Below are positions 7,734 through 15,897 of a stretch of DNA of 32,000 bases, piece after piece (position 1 is the stretch's first letter; every line of letters begins with the position of its first letter). Both the position numbers and the translations under genes were made by a program. The notes beneath the pieces were generated by a model, which saw nothing but the letters and a program-made list of their open reading frames with translations, had not been told where the DNA came from and ran no database searches. This DNA comes from Candidatus Altimarinota bacterium (GTDB taxonomy: Bacteria; Patescibacteriota; Gracilibacteria; UBA1369), in contig JBAZYK010000011.1 in assembly GCA_041659405.1 (NCBI GenBank), forward strand, positions 1 to 32,000, written 5' to 3'.

Positions 7734-9074
7734 TCATGCCGAACTCATCCTGAATTTTTGCACAAGTTGATCAACTTTAAATTTCGGCGCCCGCTCATCC
7801 GCCCGCAACTGCAACTTCCAGTTTGGCGCACCGGTTCGCGCATCTATTGGCACCATTTCTTCATTTTTTATGAGTCCATGATGCGCGAGTTGATGATGAA
7901 TCTTGCAAAGCGGCACAATCGCCTCATGAACATGTTCGAGCGAAAATCTTTTGGTATGGTGCTTGTTTTCGGCTGGCTTGTTGCATCCTGGATATCCGCA
8001 CATCTCATAATATTGAACCTTTAGTTGCCGTTGAGTTTCCACAAGGATGTGACGCGTAGGTTTTGCCGATTTTCGTTTTTGCGATTTTGCCGGCACCATC
8101 TTTTCGCTGACTTTTTTCACCGACGCCGACACCTCAGTTTTTTGCGATTTTTTGCAAACCTTCCGCGGCACCTCAACCCCCTCCTCCGCCATTTTTAAAA
8201 ACTCTTCCATCACATCTTCCCAATTCAGTGCTTTTTTCTGCTGTTTTTCCAATTTGAATTTAAAGAGCCTAAGCTTTCCTTCAATTTCCGGTCTTACATG
8301 AATTGTGATACTTGCTTTTTGAAAATTTTCTGCCATATTCGCGGCTTCGTTGACGAAGCCCTGAATTAAGGCTTGCTGCTGCGGAGTATTTGACTCAACC
8401 TCAAAAACATCCTCTTGAATACTTTCGGTACCAGAAGACAAATTTGGACTAATACTTGTTTGTATCTTTTCTTCCTTCTGGACTTGGCGTATCTGTTTTT
8501 CATTACTATTTTTTTTAAAAAGTTCTTGATTGCGAATTTCTTGAACGAATTTTTGCAAAACCGCAAGACTCATCGTTTTCACCTTCTCAACCCAAAAATC
8601 CTGTGTTTCTGGCTCTACAATGTTGGCTACAATTTCCAATTTGGCCCATCCGCATTCAAGCATAAGTGCCATTAACTTTGGCTTATCTTCAAGCTTTTGT
8701 GCGACATTCAAAATTCTATTCACGATTTCTGACCCCATACCTGCCAACTTGGCCGCAAACTCACCAATTGAATGAAAGCCCCAATCACGGCAAACACATC
8801 TCTTATTCACCTCAATCAAATAAACTGCGAATTGACGCTGTAACTTGCGAATATTTGATCCGCAATTCTGACACAATTTCAGTAATTCTTTGTTGGAAAG
8901 TTTATTGATTTCATCCTGTTTCACGTTGGGGATTTTTCTGACCTCGCTCAATCCCACGTTGGAAAGTTGCGCAATTTGACCTTGTTCCGCATGTTCAAAT
9001 TTTTGTCCTGATTGTCTTTGAAAATTGCCCATATTTGTTTTGGTTATTGGATACAAAAAAATCGTTAATGCCAT
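7734..9074 (-). CDS. DUF222-like / HNH endonuclease domain protein
   Basis: 446-aa ORF. The C-terminus CGYPGCNKPAENKHHTKRF...PLCKIHHQLAHHG is an HNH motif. N-terminal region resembles DUF222, and a Lys-rich linker sits in the middle. An alternative start lies at 9032 (MGNFQ). Confidence 0.8.
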   Translation of the reverse strand: MALTIFLYPITKTNMGNFQRQSGQKFEHAEQGQIAQLSNVGLSEVRKIPNVKQDEINKLSNKELLKLCQNCGSNIRKLQRQFAVYLIEVNKRCVCRDWGFHSIGEFAAKLAGMGSEIVNRILNVAQKLEDKPKLMALMLECGWAKLEIVANIVEPETQDFWVEKVKTMSLAVLQKFVQEIRNQELFKKNSNEKQIRQVQKEEKIQTSISPNLSSGTESIQEDVFEVESNTPQQQALIQGFVNEAANMAENFQKASITIHVRPEIEGKLRLFKFKLEKQQKKALNWEDVMEEFLKMAEEGVEVPRKVCKKSQKTEVSASVKKVSEKMVPAKSQKRKSAKPTRHILVETQRQLKVQYYEMCGYPGCNKPAENKHHTKRFSLEHVHEAIVPLCKIHHQLAHHGLIKNEEMVPIDARTGAPNWKLQLRADERAPKFKVDQLVQKFRMSSA

Positions 9075-9250
9075 ATAACGTCATACCAGAATTCTCTGCC
9101 TCTCAAGCCAAAAACGCCAGACCAAATCTGCAAATTCCAGTGACGAAAATGCAAAGTATTTTATAGGTGAGCGCACACTCACCCATGTCCCTTAAGTTTA
9201 TTGCCATTTGCATAAAACCAGCATAAAATACGAACCTTTTATCTAATTTC

Positions 9251-10156
9251 ATGACACCATACAGGGAAATCGAATTCCAATCAGGAAACGATCTTGATCA
9301 AATTGCAAATTTAAGATTACAAGCGCGCAAAGAAGCACAAGAAAGATATGAATCTATTCGAGATCGTCTGCCCAATTACGCCGAAAAATGCACTGACGAA
9401 CTTGAAAAAGTGGCCTGCCAAATCCAGACTGTAAGAGATGCCGTTATGCAGGAAATTAGACAAACATTATCCCCTGAAACAGAAGTCAGACCGGCAGAAG
9501 CTGTACATATGATTTTCCGCCACGTTTTTGATCAACTCAAACTTAAACCGCCCAAAAATACAACCCAAATTATCGACAAAATTGTTGCAGAAATTGCTCA
9601 AACTCATCCAAATTCTCTAAAAATCGATGATTTTGAAAGCTTAATGACTGAAATAGTTGACGCACTTTTAAAAAAAGATGAAATTTTAAGAAAAGTTATA
9701 GGTACCGAAATTTTGGAGCCAGAGCAACCCAATATTACTTTTCAGGATATTATAAAAACGGTAAGCGATCCATTTCCTGAAGAACTTTCCAAAAAAATTC
9801 TACAAGAAGCTATCACAAGAAATGCTAATCCAGAGTTTGTAGCCAGAATGGCTCGTGAGGACAAATCAGACCTATTATTGCAACTGGGAAGATACAATGA
9901 ATTACCAAACAACAATATCCGTAAATGTATTAAAACTATTCTTCTAATTGCACAGTGTATTGCAGCAATACTTTTATGTGAAAATCCAATTATTCCAAGG
10001 GGCCTTATCATTTTTTGGGAATTAACAATTACACTTGTTGTTTTAGGCTTCATGGGATTCGGATCTCAAGAAGGAGGAGCCCTGAACACAAAAGAAACAG
10101 CACGAAAAAAAAATTCTCAAAGAAAAGATCTCGCAAAAAACCGAGCAAATTTATAA
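9251..10156 (+). CDS. hypothetical membrane-anchored protein
   Basis: 301-aa ORF, largely helical-looking, with two C-terminal hydrophobic spans (ILLIAQCIAAILLC, LIIFWELTITLVVLGFMGF). Confidence 0.55.
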   Translation: MTPYREIEFQSGNDLDQIANLRLQARKEAQERYESIRDRLPNYAEKCTDELEKVACQIQTVRDAVMQEIRQTLSPETEVRPAEAVHMIFRHVFDQLKLKPPKNTTQIIDKIVAEIAQTHPNSLKIDDFESLMTEIVDALLKKDEILRKVIGTEILEPEQPNITFQDIIKTVSDPFPEELSKKILQEAITRNANPEFVARMAREDKSDLLLQLGRYNELPNNNIRKCIKTILLIAQCIAAILLCENPIIPRGLIIFWELTITLVVLGFMGFGSQEGGALNTKETARKKNSQRKDLAKNRANL

Positions 10157-10160
10157 ACTT

Positions 10161-10553
10161 TTGAATGATATTCATAATCTCTTTTTAGCTTTAGACTTTT
10201 GTAAAGATAATACAGAGCAAACAAAACAAATAAGAGAAAAAATCTTAATTTTGCTTGAGTTAATTAAAAAATTACAAGAAGACGAAAAACTGGAAAGCAT
10301 TAGAGAAAACGTAAAAATAGATTTCACAGTTTTGTTTCCCGAACTGGCGGAACCAGCAGCCACAGATGCAGAAAAACCAACAACCCCAGAGTACCCCGAA
10401 CTACACAAAAAACACCGGCTTGAAGGCATCGCCACACAACGAGTCGCTCCCATCGCGGCCGAATTTGGGTTTGAAGAAGCTGAAGAAGAAGCCATCCAGG
10501 CAGAAACCGGACCACGCACACAAGCACCAGCAATTGCCCCCGCCAAAAATTAG
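10161..10553 (+). CDS. hypothetical protein (TTG start in ORF track)
   Basis: 130-aa ORF starting 4 nt after the previous stop. The C-terminal half is low-complexity (Pro/Ala/Glu), and the region is open in several frames, so the call is weak. Confidence 0.4.
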   Translation: MNDIHNLFLALDFCKDNTEQTKQIREKILILLELIKKLQEDEKLESIRENVKIDFTVLFPELAEPAATDAEKPTTPEYPELHKKHRLEGIATQRVAPIAAEFGFEEAEEEAIQAETGPRTQAPAIAPAKN

Positions 10554-10689
10554 CCGCCTCCACCCCTCCCCAAATCCTAAAAATCAGTTATAATGGCGCA
10601 GAACTTTCGTGGAGCTTGCTTCGCACGCGACTAAAATTGGCACTGTGCGCGTGGCAGCAACAAGCCCCACGCCCAACTTATCCTCAACC

Positions 10690-11802
10690 ATGGCGTCAAA
10701 AAAGATTCTCATCTTAAGCTGCAATATTGGACAAGGTCACATGAGCGCGGCCAAAGCAATTGAACAAGGTTTAAAAGCACTCTATGGCAATGAATTCGAG
10801 ATCGAGATTATTGATTTCTTTCATACGCTAAGTGAAACCATTAACAAAGCTTCTTATAAACTTTACCAAAGCTCGGCAAAGCATGCTCCCGCGCTGTGGG
10901 AACTTTTTTTTAAAGGCACAAACCGCAAATGGGAGGTCAAAATGGTCAATATGATCAACTACTCCCTCCATTCAAAAAGAATCATCAAACTTTTTCAGGA
11001 AAAGAAGCCGGATTTAATCATTTCAACTTATCCGGTTTGGGATTATCTGGCCCTAAAAATTTGGAAGGAACTTGATCACAAAACCAAGTTTATCAGCGTG
11101 GTCACCGATTCAATTTCCATTCATAAGGTCTGGGTTACTGCCGAAGTCGATTATCATATTGTGCCCAACGAAGACACTGCGCATTCTTTAAGAAAACTCG
11201 GCGCGCCCTTAGATAAGATCAAAATTCTTGGCTTTCCGGTTCGTTTAAATTTCCTGAAAAAGATGGATCGCAAAGCTTTTTTAAAAAAACTAAAACTCGA
11301 CCCTAAAAAAACCACTATTCTATTTCTGCCATTAGCCGAAAATATCAGAAAAAGTAAAAAAATCCTGAAAGAACTTACCGAAAATCCAAAGTTAAATGTG
11401 ATTGTCGTCACCGGTAAAAATGATGAAGTTAAAGCCAAACTGGCATCATTCAAAAAAATGGCGAATGTCCGTATTTTTGGCTGGACCGAAAATCTTCCGG
11501 AATTGATTAAGGCTTCCAATATAGTTATAACTAAAGCCGGCGGAGCCACCGTTATGGAATGTCTTGCCGCCAAAAAACCGATGATTATTACTCAAATTAT
11601 CCCCGGCCAGGAACGTGGAAATGCCGAACTTTTAAAACGCTATCATGTGGGCCTGATTGCCCCAACCAAAAAATTAAGTATCACTGCGGCAATTAATCAG
11701 CTCCAAAAAAACAAGAAATCCATCCAGGAAAATCTTAAAAAAATCAGTAATCCCAAAGCCGCCCTAAACATTGCTCAATTTATTAAAGAAAACTTATCGT
11801 GA
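10690..11802 (+). CDS. GT28 MGDG-synthase/UgtP-like diacylglycerol glycosyltransferase
   Basis: KILILSCNIGQGHMSAAKAI is the MGDG_synth N-terminal signature. The C-terminal half (ITKAGGATVMECLAAKKPMI) is GT28/MurG-like. I prefer the ATG at 10690 to the track's GTG at 10609, because the extra 27 aa look non-native. Confidence 0.8.
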   Translation: MASKKILILSCNIGQGHMSAAKAIEQGLKALYGNEFEIEIIDFFHTLSETINKASYKLYQSSAKHAPALWELFFKGTNRKWEVKMVNMINYSLHSKRIIKLFQEKKPDLIISTYPVWDYLALKIWKELDHKTKFISVVTDSISIHKVWVTAEVDYHIVPNEDTAHSLRKLGAPLDKIKILGFPVRLNFLKKMDRKAFLKKLKLDPKKTTILFLPLAENIRKSKKILKELTENPKLNVIVVTGKNDEVKAKLASFKKMANVRIFGWTENLPELIKASNIVITKAGGATVMECLAAKKPMIITQIIPGQERGNAELLKRYHVGLIAPTKKLSITAAINQLQKNKKSIQENLKKISNPKAALNIAQFIKENLS

Positions 11803-12806
11803 CCAAAAAAAAATCCCCAAAATCCTCAAAATATAAAATCCTGCTTTACATTCTGCTCTTTGGAATGATCGGACTGGCGATTTATCGCCTGGTGCCCGAA
11901 CTAAAAGACGTTGGCAAACTGGTTGCGCTAAAAGATCAGATCAATTATGGCTGGCTTGGCTTAGCCGTTTTTTCACAACTTTTTCAATACATCGGCGACG
12001 GTTGGCTTTCACAATTATTACTCAAAATGGTGAACGTAAAAATGAACATGAAAGACACCTTCCGCATTGCCGCGCTCAACGTTTTCGCCGCGCACATTTT
12101 GCCGGTAGGAGAAGCCGGAGGATTGGCCGCCGCTTATCATTTTTATAAAAGACTTGGCGTAACCGCTGAAAATTTTATTTTCCTGACAATCTGCTGGGGA
12201 ATTTTAACCAACGGTTTAGTCATTTTGCTGATTTTGATTCCGCTTTTATTTTTGCCTGATTTACCGCTGCCAACACACGCTTCTACAACTCTGACCCTGC
12301 TGGTTATTGCCGCAATTATCCTTTTGTTCATTCTGATGAGAAAAGTGATTTTTGCCAAACTGGAAACCATTTTCAAAAAATATAGCTGGGCACACCACTT
12401 AATCTCGTTCATCAAAAATCGCCACCTTTATTACAAACTTTTCTTTTCCAAACCAAAATTACTTTTTCCGGCGATTTTCGCGTCCCTTATCTACTACATA
12501 GCCAACATTATTACTCTATTACTTTCCTTTAAAACTTTTGGGATAATGCCCAATGTAACCTTGGTAACATTTGCTTATGCCTGCTCAATGGTTTTTGGCA
12601 AAATAACACTTGCTCCAGCCGGACTTGGCGCAACCGAAGCAACCCTAATTTTGATCTTCCTGACGGCGCATACCGACCCCGCCATTACTTTAGCGGCGGT
12701 ACTTTTGTATCGCATTATTTCTTTTTGGCTTCCGATTCCCGGTGGACTTTTTGCCTATCATACCCTGCGTAAAGACATCAACAAAAAGATTTTACTTGAA
12801 AATTAA
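11799..12806 (+). CDS. flippase-like polytopic membrane protein (LPG_synthase_TM / UPF0104 type)
   Basis: 335 aa with about 8 hydrophobic spans and a basic N-terminus. GTG start overlaps the upstream stop (GTGA). This family is typically found next to glycosyltransferases. Confidence 0.65.
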   Translation: MTKKKSPKSSKYKILLYILLFGMIGLAIYRLVPELKDVGKLVALKDQINYGWLGLAVFSQLFQYIGDGWLSQLLLKMVNVKMNMKDTFRIAALNVFAAHILPVGEAGGLAAAYHFYKRLGVTAENFIFLTICWGILTNGLVILLILIPLLFLPDLPLPTHASTTLTLLVIAAIILLFILMRKVIFAKLETIFKKYSWAHHLISFIKNRHLYYKLFFSKPKLLFPAIFASLIYYIANIITLLLSFKTFGIMPNVTLVTFAYACSMVFGKITLAPAGLGATEATLILIFLTAHTDPAITLAAVLLYRIISFWLPIPGGLFAYHTLRKDINKKILLEN

Positions 12807-13993
12807 TGAACATTCTTTTCACGAGCGACCATTATCTTCCCACCGTTAACGGCATTGTCCATCAAATGGTGATTATTAAACAGGAACTGGAAAAACGCGG
12901 ACACAAAGTTATTGTCGTAGCTCCCAAATGCGACAATTATGACAAGGTTGAAAAGAATGTAATTTACGTTCCTTCAGTCCCCTTTTTCATGCGGCCACAA
13001 GACCGCTTAAGCGCGCCATTCAATAAAGAAATTGACAATATTTTGGACAATCTTGAAATTGATATTGTTCATAGTCACAGCATTTTAATTGGCAGCTTTA
13101 TTGGAACCAAAACCGCCAAGAAGAAGAAGATCCCCAATGTTTTTACGCTGCACACACCTTTTCAGGAGTACACCAAATGGCTTTTCCCCTGGCTGGCCGG
13201 AATTACCCCGCCAATCACCAATCTGATTTTGCAGATGTCACTTAAACCTTTTGATCTGGTGATCGCGCCATCCAAAAAAGCCGTTCGTCATCTTAAGAGA
13301 GCCAAAGTCAAAGCGCCAATAAGCATGATTCACAACGGGATCGAACTGGAAAAAATCAAGCAAATTCCCGCGCATCTTTTTTTAAAAAAATACAAACTTA
13401 ATCCGGATGATCCGTTGCTGGTTTTAGTTGGAAGGATCGACCGCGGAAAAAACGTTCATCTGGCTATAAAAGCCATGAAAAAAGTGATCCAGAAATTTCC
13501 AAAAACAAAATTGATGATTATTGGCGACGGCCTGCAAAGAGAAAGTATGGACCGGCTAATTAAACGCCTGAAATTGGGAAATAATGTTTTCATCACCGGT
13601 TTTATTGAGCACGACCTGGTAATCAGCGCCAACAAAGCGGCAACTTTGGCCTTAATGACTTCAGATTCGGACACTTTACCAACCGTAGCGATAGAGGCCA
13701 TTGCCTGCGGAAAATCCATGGTCGCAGTTAACGACGAAGCCATCACCGCCATCATCAAAAATGGCATGAACGGGATTTTGACAAAAAAAAAGGCCCCGGA
13801 AATTGCGACAGCTATTATAAAATTACTTAAAACAAGTCACATTCGTAAAGGTTACGAAAAAAACAGCCTGCAAATTGCCCCCAACTTTTCAGTCGAAAAA
13901 TATGTGGATGAACTGGAAAAAGTGTATAGTGAACTTATCCACAAAAAATCTTCTTATGGTAGCAAAAAAAAATCTGAAAAAGACAGAGAATAA
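12806..13993 (+). CDS. GT4-family glycosyltransferase (Glycos_transf_1)
   Basis: 395 aa. N-terminal MNILFTSDHYLPTVNGIV, and a C-terminal EX7E-type region (SDSDTLPTVAIEAIACGKSMVAV). Start overlaps the upstream stop (TAATG). Confidence 0.8.
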   Translation: MNILFTSDHYLPTVNGIVHQMVIIKQELEKRGHKVIVVAPKCDNYDKVEKNVIYVPSVPFFMRPQDRLSAPFNKEIDNILDNLEIDIVHSHSILIGSFIGTKTAKKKKIPNVFTLHTPFQEYTKWLFPWLAGITPPITNLILQMSLKPFDLVIAPSKKAVRHLKRAKVKAPISMIHNGIELEKIKQIPAHLFLKKYKLNPDDPLLVLVGRIDRGKNVHLAIKAMKKVIQKFPKTKLMIIGDGLQRESMDRLIKRLKLGNNVFITGFIEHDLVISANKAATLALMTSDSDTLPTVAIEAIACGKSMVAVNDEAITAIIKNGMNGILTKKKAPEIATAIIKLLKTSHIRKGYEKNSLQIAPNFSVEKYVDELEKVYSELIHKKSSYGSKKKSEKDRE

Positions 13994-14005
13994 GCCAAGA
14001 GGCCA

Positions 14006-14035
14006 TTGCAATGACTTCCGTAAGTATGTTAAAAT
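14006..14035 (+). promoter_or_regulatory. candidate sigma70-type promoter with extended -10
   Basis: TTGCAA (14006-14011), 18 nt, then TAAAAT (14030-14035) preceded by TGt. The -35 lies inside the 10-bp palindrome CATTGCAATG (14004-14013). It sits 37 nt upstream of the ATG at 14072. Confidence 0.5.
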
Positions 14036-14071
14036 AACAAGAAAGGTTTTAATTCGTAACACAAAAAATAC

Positions 14072-15814
14072 ATGAAAAAGTTTTTCAGGAATCCAATACT
14101 AAATGTATTGGCTGCTTCCTTAGTACTCGGCCTTATTGGGCCAATCACCGCGTTCGCGGCTACTTCCCCAACTTTAAGTGGGGCAACGAGTTACTCGGTT
14201 TTGGGTAGCTCAACGGTAACAAATACAGGTTCGTCAGTTATTAGCGGAGCTGTTGGTGTCAGTACAGGTACCGCAATTACCGGCTTTCCACCTGCAACTG
14301 CCGGTGGCGGAACACATTCCAATGATTTGAGTGCTCAAGCAGCTCAAACTGATAACGTCGCTGCATTTAGTACTCTTAATCAGAGTTGTGATCAGTCTTA
14401 TGCGGATGGACAGGATCTAACTTTACTTTCACCTCTTGGGCCGGGCGTTTACTGCTCTGCCGGTAGTTTTGCACTGACTGGGAATTTAAATTTAACCGGG
14501 TCAGGCGTCTGGATTTTTAAATCTGCGTCAACACTAATTACATCAACCGGTTCATCTGTTACAGGTGGCGACCCATGTAACATCTGGTGGAGAGTAGGTT
14601 CTTCCGCGACTCTTGGAACCAGTACTTCATTCGTAGGAAATATCCTCGCACTTGCATCTATTACCATGAATACCAGCGCGACCTTAAACGGCCGAGCTAT
14701 GGCTCAAACCGCTGCAGTAACACTGGACACAAATACAATTTCCGGACCGGTTTGCGCACTACCACCTCCTCCTTCAACAGCTACACTTCATGTTGTTAAA
14801 ACTGTAGTGAATGATAACGGTGGAACAACACTTGCTTCCGCTTTTAATCTACATGTAAAACTTTCAGGGACTGATGTTGTCGGAAGTCCAATGGGCGGAG
14901 TCGCAACTCCCGGAAGATCTTATACACTCGCTACAGGCACATACAACGTTAGCGAAGATACAAATGCTTCTTATACACAAAGTTTTAGTGGTGATTGTGA
15001 TGCCAGCGGTAATGTTGTTTTAGCTTCCGGTAACGATAAAACCTGTACTATCACTAATAATGACATCGCAGTTGTTCCGGGATCAGCTACACTTCATGTT
15101 GTTAAAACTGTAGTGAATGATAACGGTGGAACAACACTTGCTTCTGCTTTTAATCTACATGTAAAACTTGCCGGAGTTGAAGTTGCTCTAAGCCCTGCGG
15201 CTGGAGTTGCATCTCCGGGAAAATCCTACACTCTTGCAGCCGGCACATACGTAGTAAGTGAAGATGCAAACAGTGGATATACCGCAACGTTTAGCGGAGA
15301 TTGTAACTTAAGCGGCAGCGTGGCACTTGTAGCAGGCGACAACAAGACCTGTACGATTACCAATAATGATATCGCACCAATCGTCATTCCACCTACATCT
15401 GGAACTATCAAAGTTGTCAAAACGGTTATCAACGACAATGGCAAAACTAAGACCGTTGCCGACTTTTCACTATTCGTAAATGGCACACAGGTTGTTTCCG
15501 GCGTAACCAACGTCTTTCCTGCCGGTGCATATACCATGGCGGAAACCGCGGATACTAATTACACCGCGACATTCTCCGGCGATTGCGACTACAGCGGCCA
15601 TCTGAATATTATTGCTGGTGACAGCAAGACTTGTACAATTACCAATAACGACATCGCAGCCGTAGTTGCTCCTGTTGTTGCCGCACCTGTTTATGTTACT
15701 CCTATTCTACCAAGTACCGGCGTTGCTCCTATGGAAAACGGCGCTCCATGGAACATTGTCATCATGGCTGGTATTCTTATGTCAGTTGTAGCTCTAAAGA
15801 AAGGCAAGATTTAG
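14072..15814 (+). CDS. LPXTG-anchored surface protein: DUF3494 (ice-binding-like beta-helix) plus three prealbumin/Cna-B-like repeats
   Basis: Signal peptide ending ITAFA-AT. YSVLGSSTVTNTGSSVISGAVGVSTGTAITGFPP...WWRVGSSATLGTSTSFVGNILA...GRAMA matches DUF3494. Three ~100-aa repeats each end in KTCTITNNDIA. LPSTG (15707-15721) is followed by a hydrophobic span and KKGKI. Confidence 0.9.
   Translation: MKKFFRNPILNVLAASLVLGLIGPITAFAATSPTLSGATSYSVLGSSTVTNTGSSVISGAVGVSTGTAITGFPPATAGGGTHSNDLSAQAAQTDNVAAFSTLNQSCDQSYADGQDLTLLSPLGPGVYCSAGSFALTGNLNLTGSGVWIFKSASTLITSTGSSVTGGDPCNIWWRVGSSATLGTSTSFVGNILALASITMNTSATLNGRAMAQTAAVTLDTNTISGPVCALPPPPSTATLHVVKTVVNDNGGTTLASAFNLHVKLSGTDVVGSPMGGVATPGRSYTLATGTYNVSEDTNASYTQSFSGDCDASGNVVLASGNDKTCTITNNDIAVVPGSATLHVVKTVVNDNGGTTLASAFNLHVKLAGVEVALSPAAGVASPGKSYTLAAGTYVVSEDANSGYTATFSGDCNLSGSVALVAGDNKTCTITNNDIAPIVIPPTSGTIKVVKTVINDNGKTKTVADFSLFVNGTQVVSGVTNVFPAGAYTMAETADTNYTATFSGDCDYSGHLNIIAGDSKTCTITNNDIAAVVAPVVAAPVYVTPILPSTGVAPMENGAPWNIVIMAGILMSVVALKKGKI
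14777..15670 (+). repeat. three tandem ~300-bp coding repeats (domain repeats) inside the surface protein
   Basis: Units begin ATLHVVKTVVNDNGGTT (twice) and GTIKVVKTVINDNGKTK. Each ends GDC..G......G..KTCTITNNDIA. The period between units 1 and 2 is 306 bp. Confidence 0.85.
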
Positions 15815-15844
15815 TCTTCATAGAACCAACAACTTATAAAGGCA

Positions 15845-15874
15845 GTAAAGGCTCCATCTCGATGGGGCCTTTAC
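15845..15874 (+). terminator. strong hairpin between the sortase substrate gene and the sortase gene (terminator/attenuator candidate)
   Basis: GTAAAGGC-T-CCATC-TC-GATGG-G-GCCTTTAC gives 13 paired positions. It is followed by GTTATAAATCTTC, with no clean U-tract. Confidence 0.4.
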
Positions 15875-15897
15875 GTTATAAATCTTCTAAAAAACCA

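Noticed and set aside
10172-10593. Three extra ORFs (two minus, one plus) over the 3' half of 10161..10553
   Set aside because: The region is purine/GC-rich and stop-poor in four frames. The alternative products are Ser/Cys- or Pro/Lys-rich strings. I kept only the plus-strand ORF that abuts 9251..10156, and even that with low confidence.
11805-11813. A9/T9 homopolymers as phase-variation switches (11805-11813, 13783-13791, 13964-13972, 10105-10113, 27472-27480, 21657-21665)
   Set aside because: Most encode Lys-Lys-Lys in an AT-rich genome. They occur in housekeeping and accessory genes alike and in one intergenic site. Nothing suggests on/off switching, and it could only be tested with population read data.
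15748-15897. ORF-track start of the sortase gene at 15748, overlapping the surface-protein gene by 67 nt
   Set aside because: The extra N-terminus (MEHCHHGWYSYVSCSS...) is implausible and spans the strong hairpin. MRLKK at 15898 gives a normal signal peptide.
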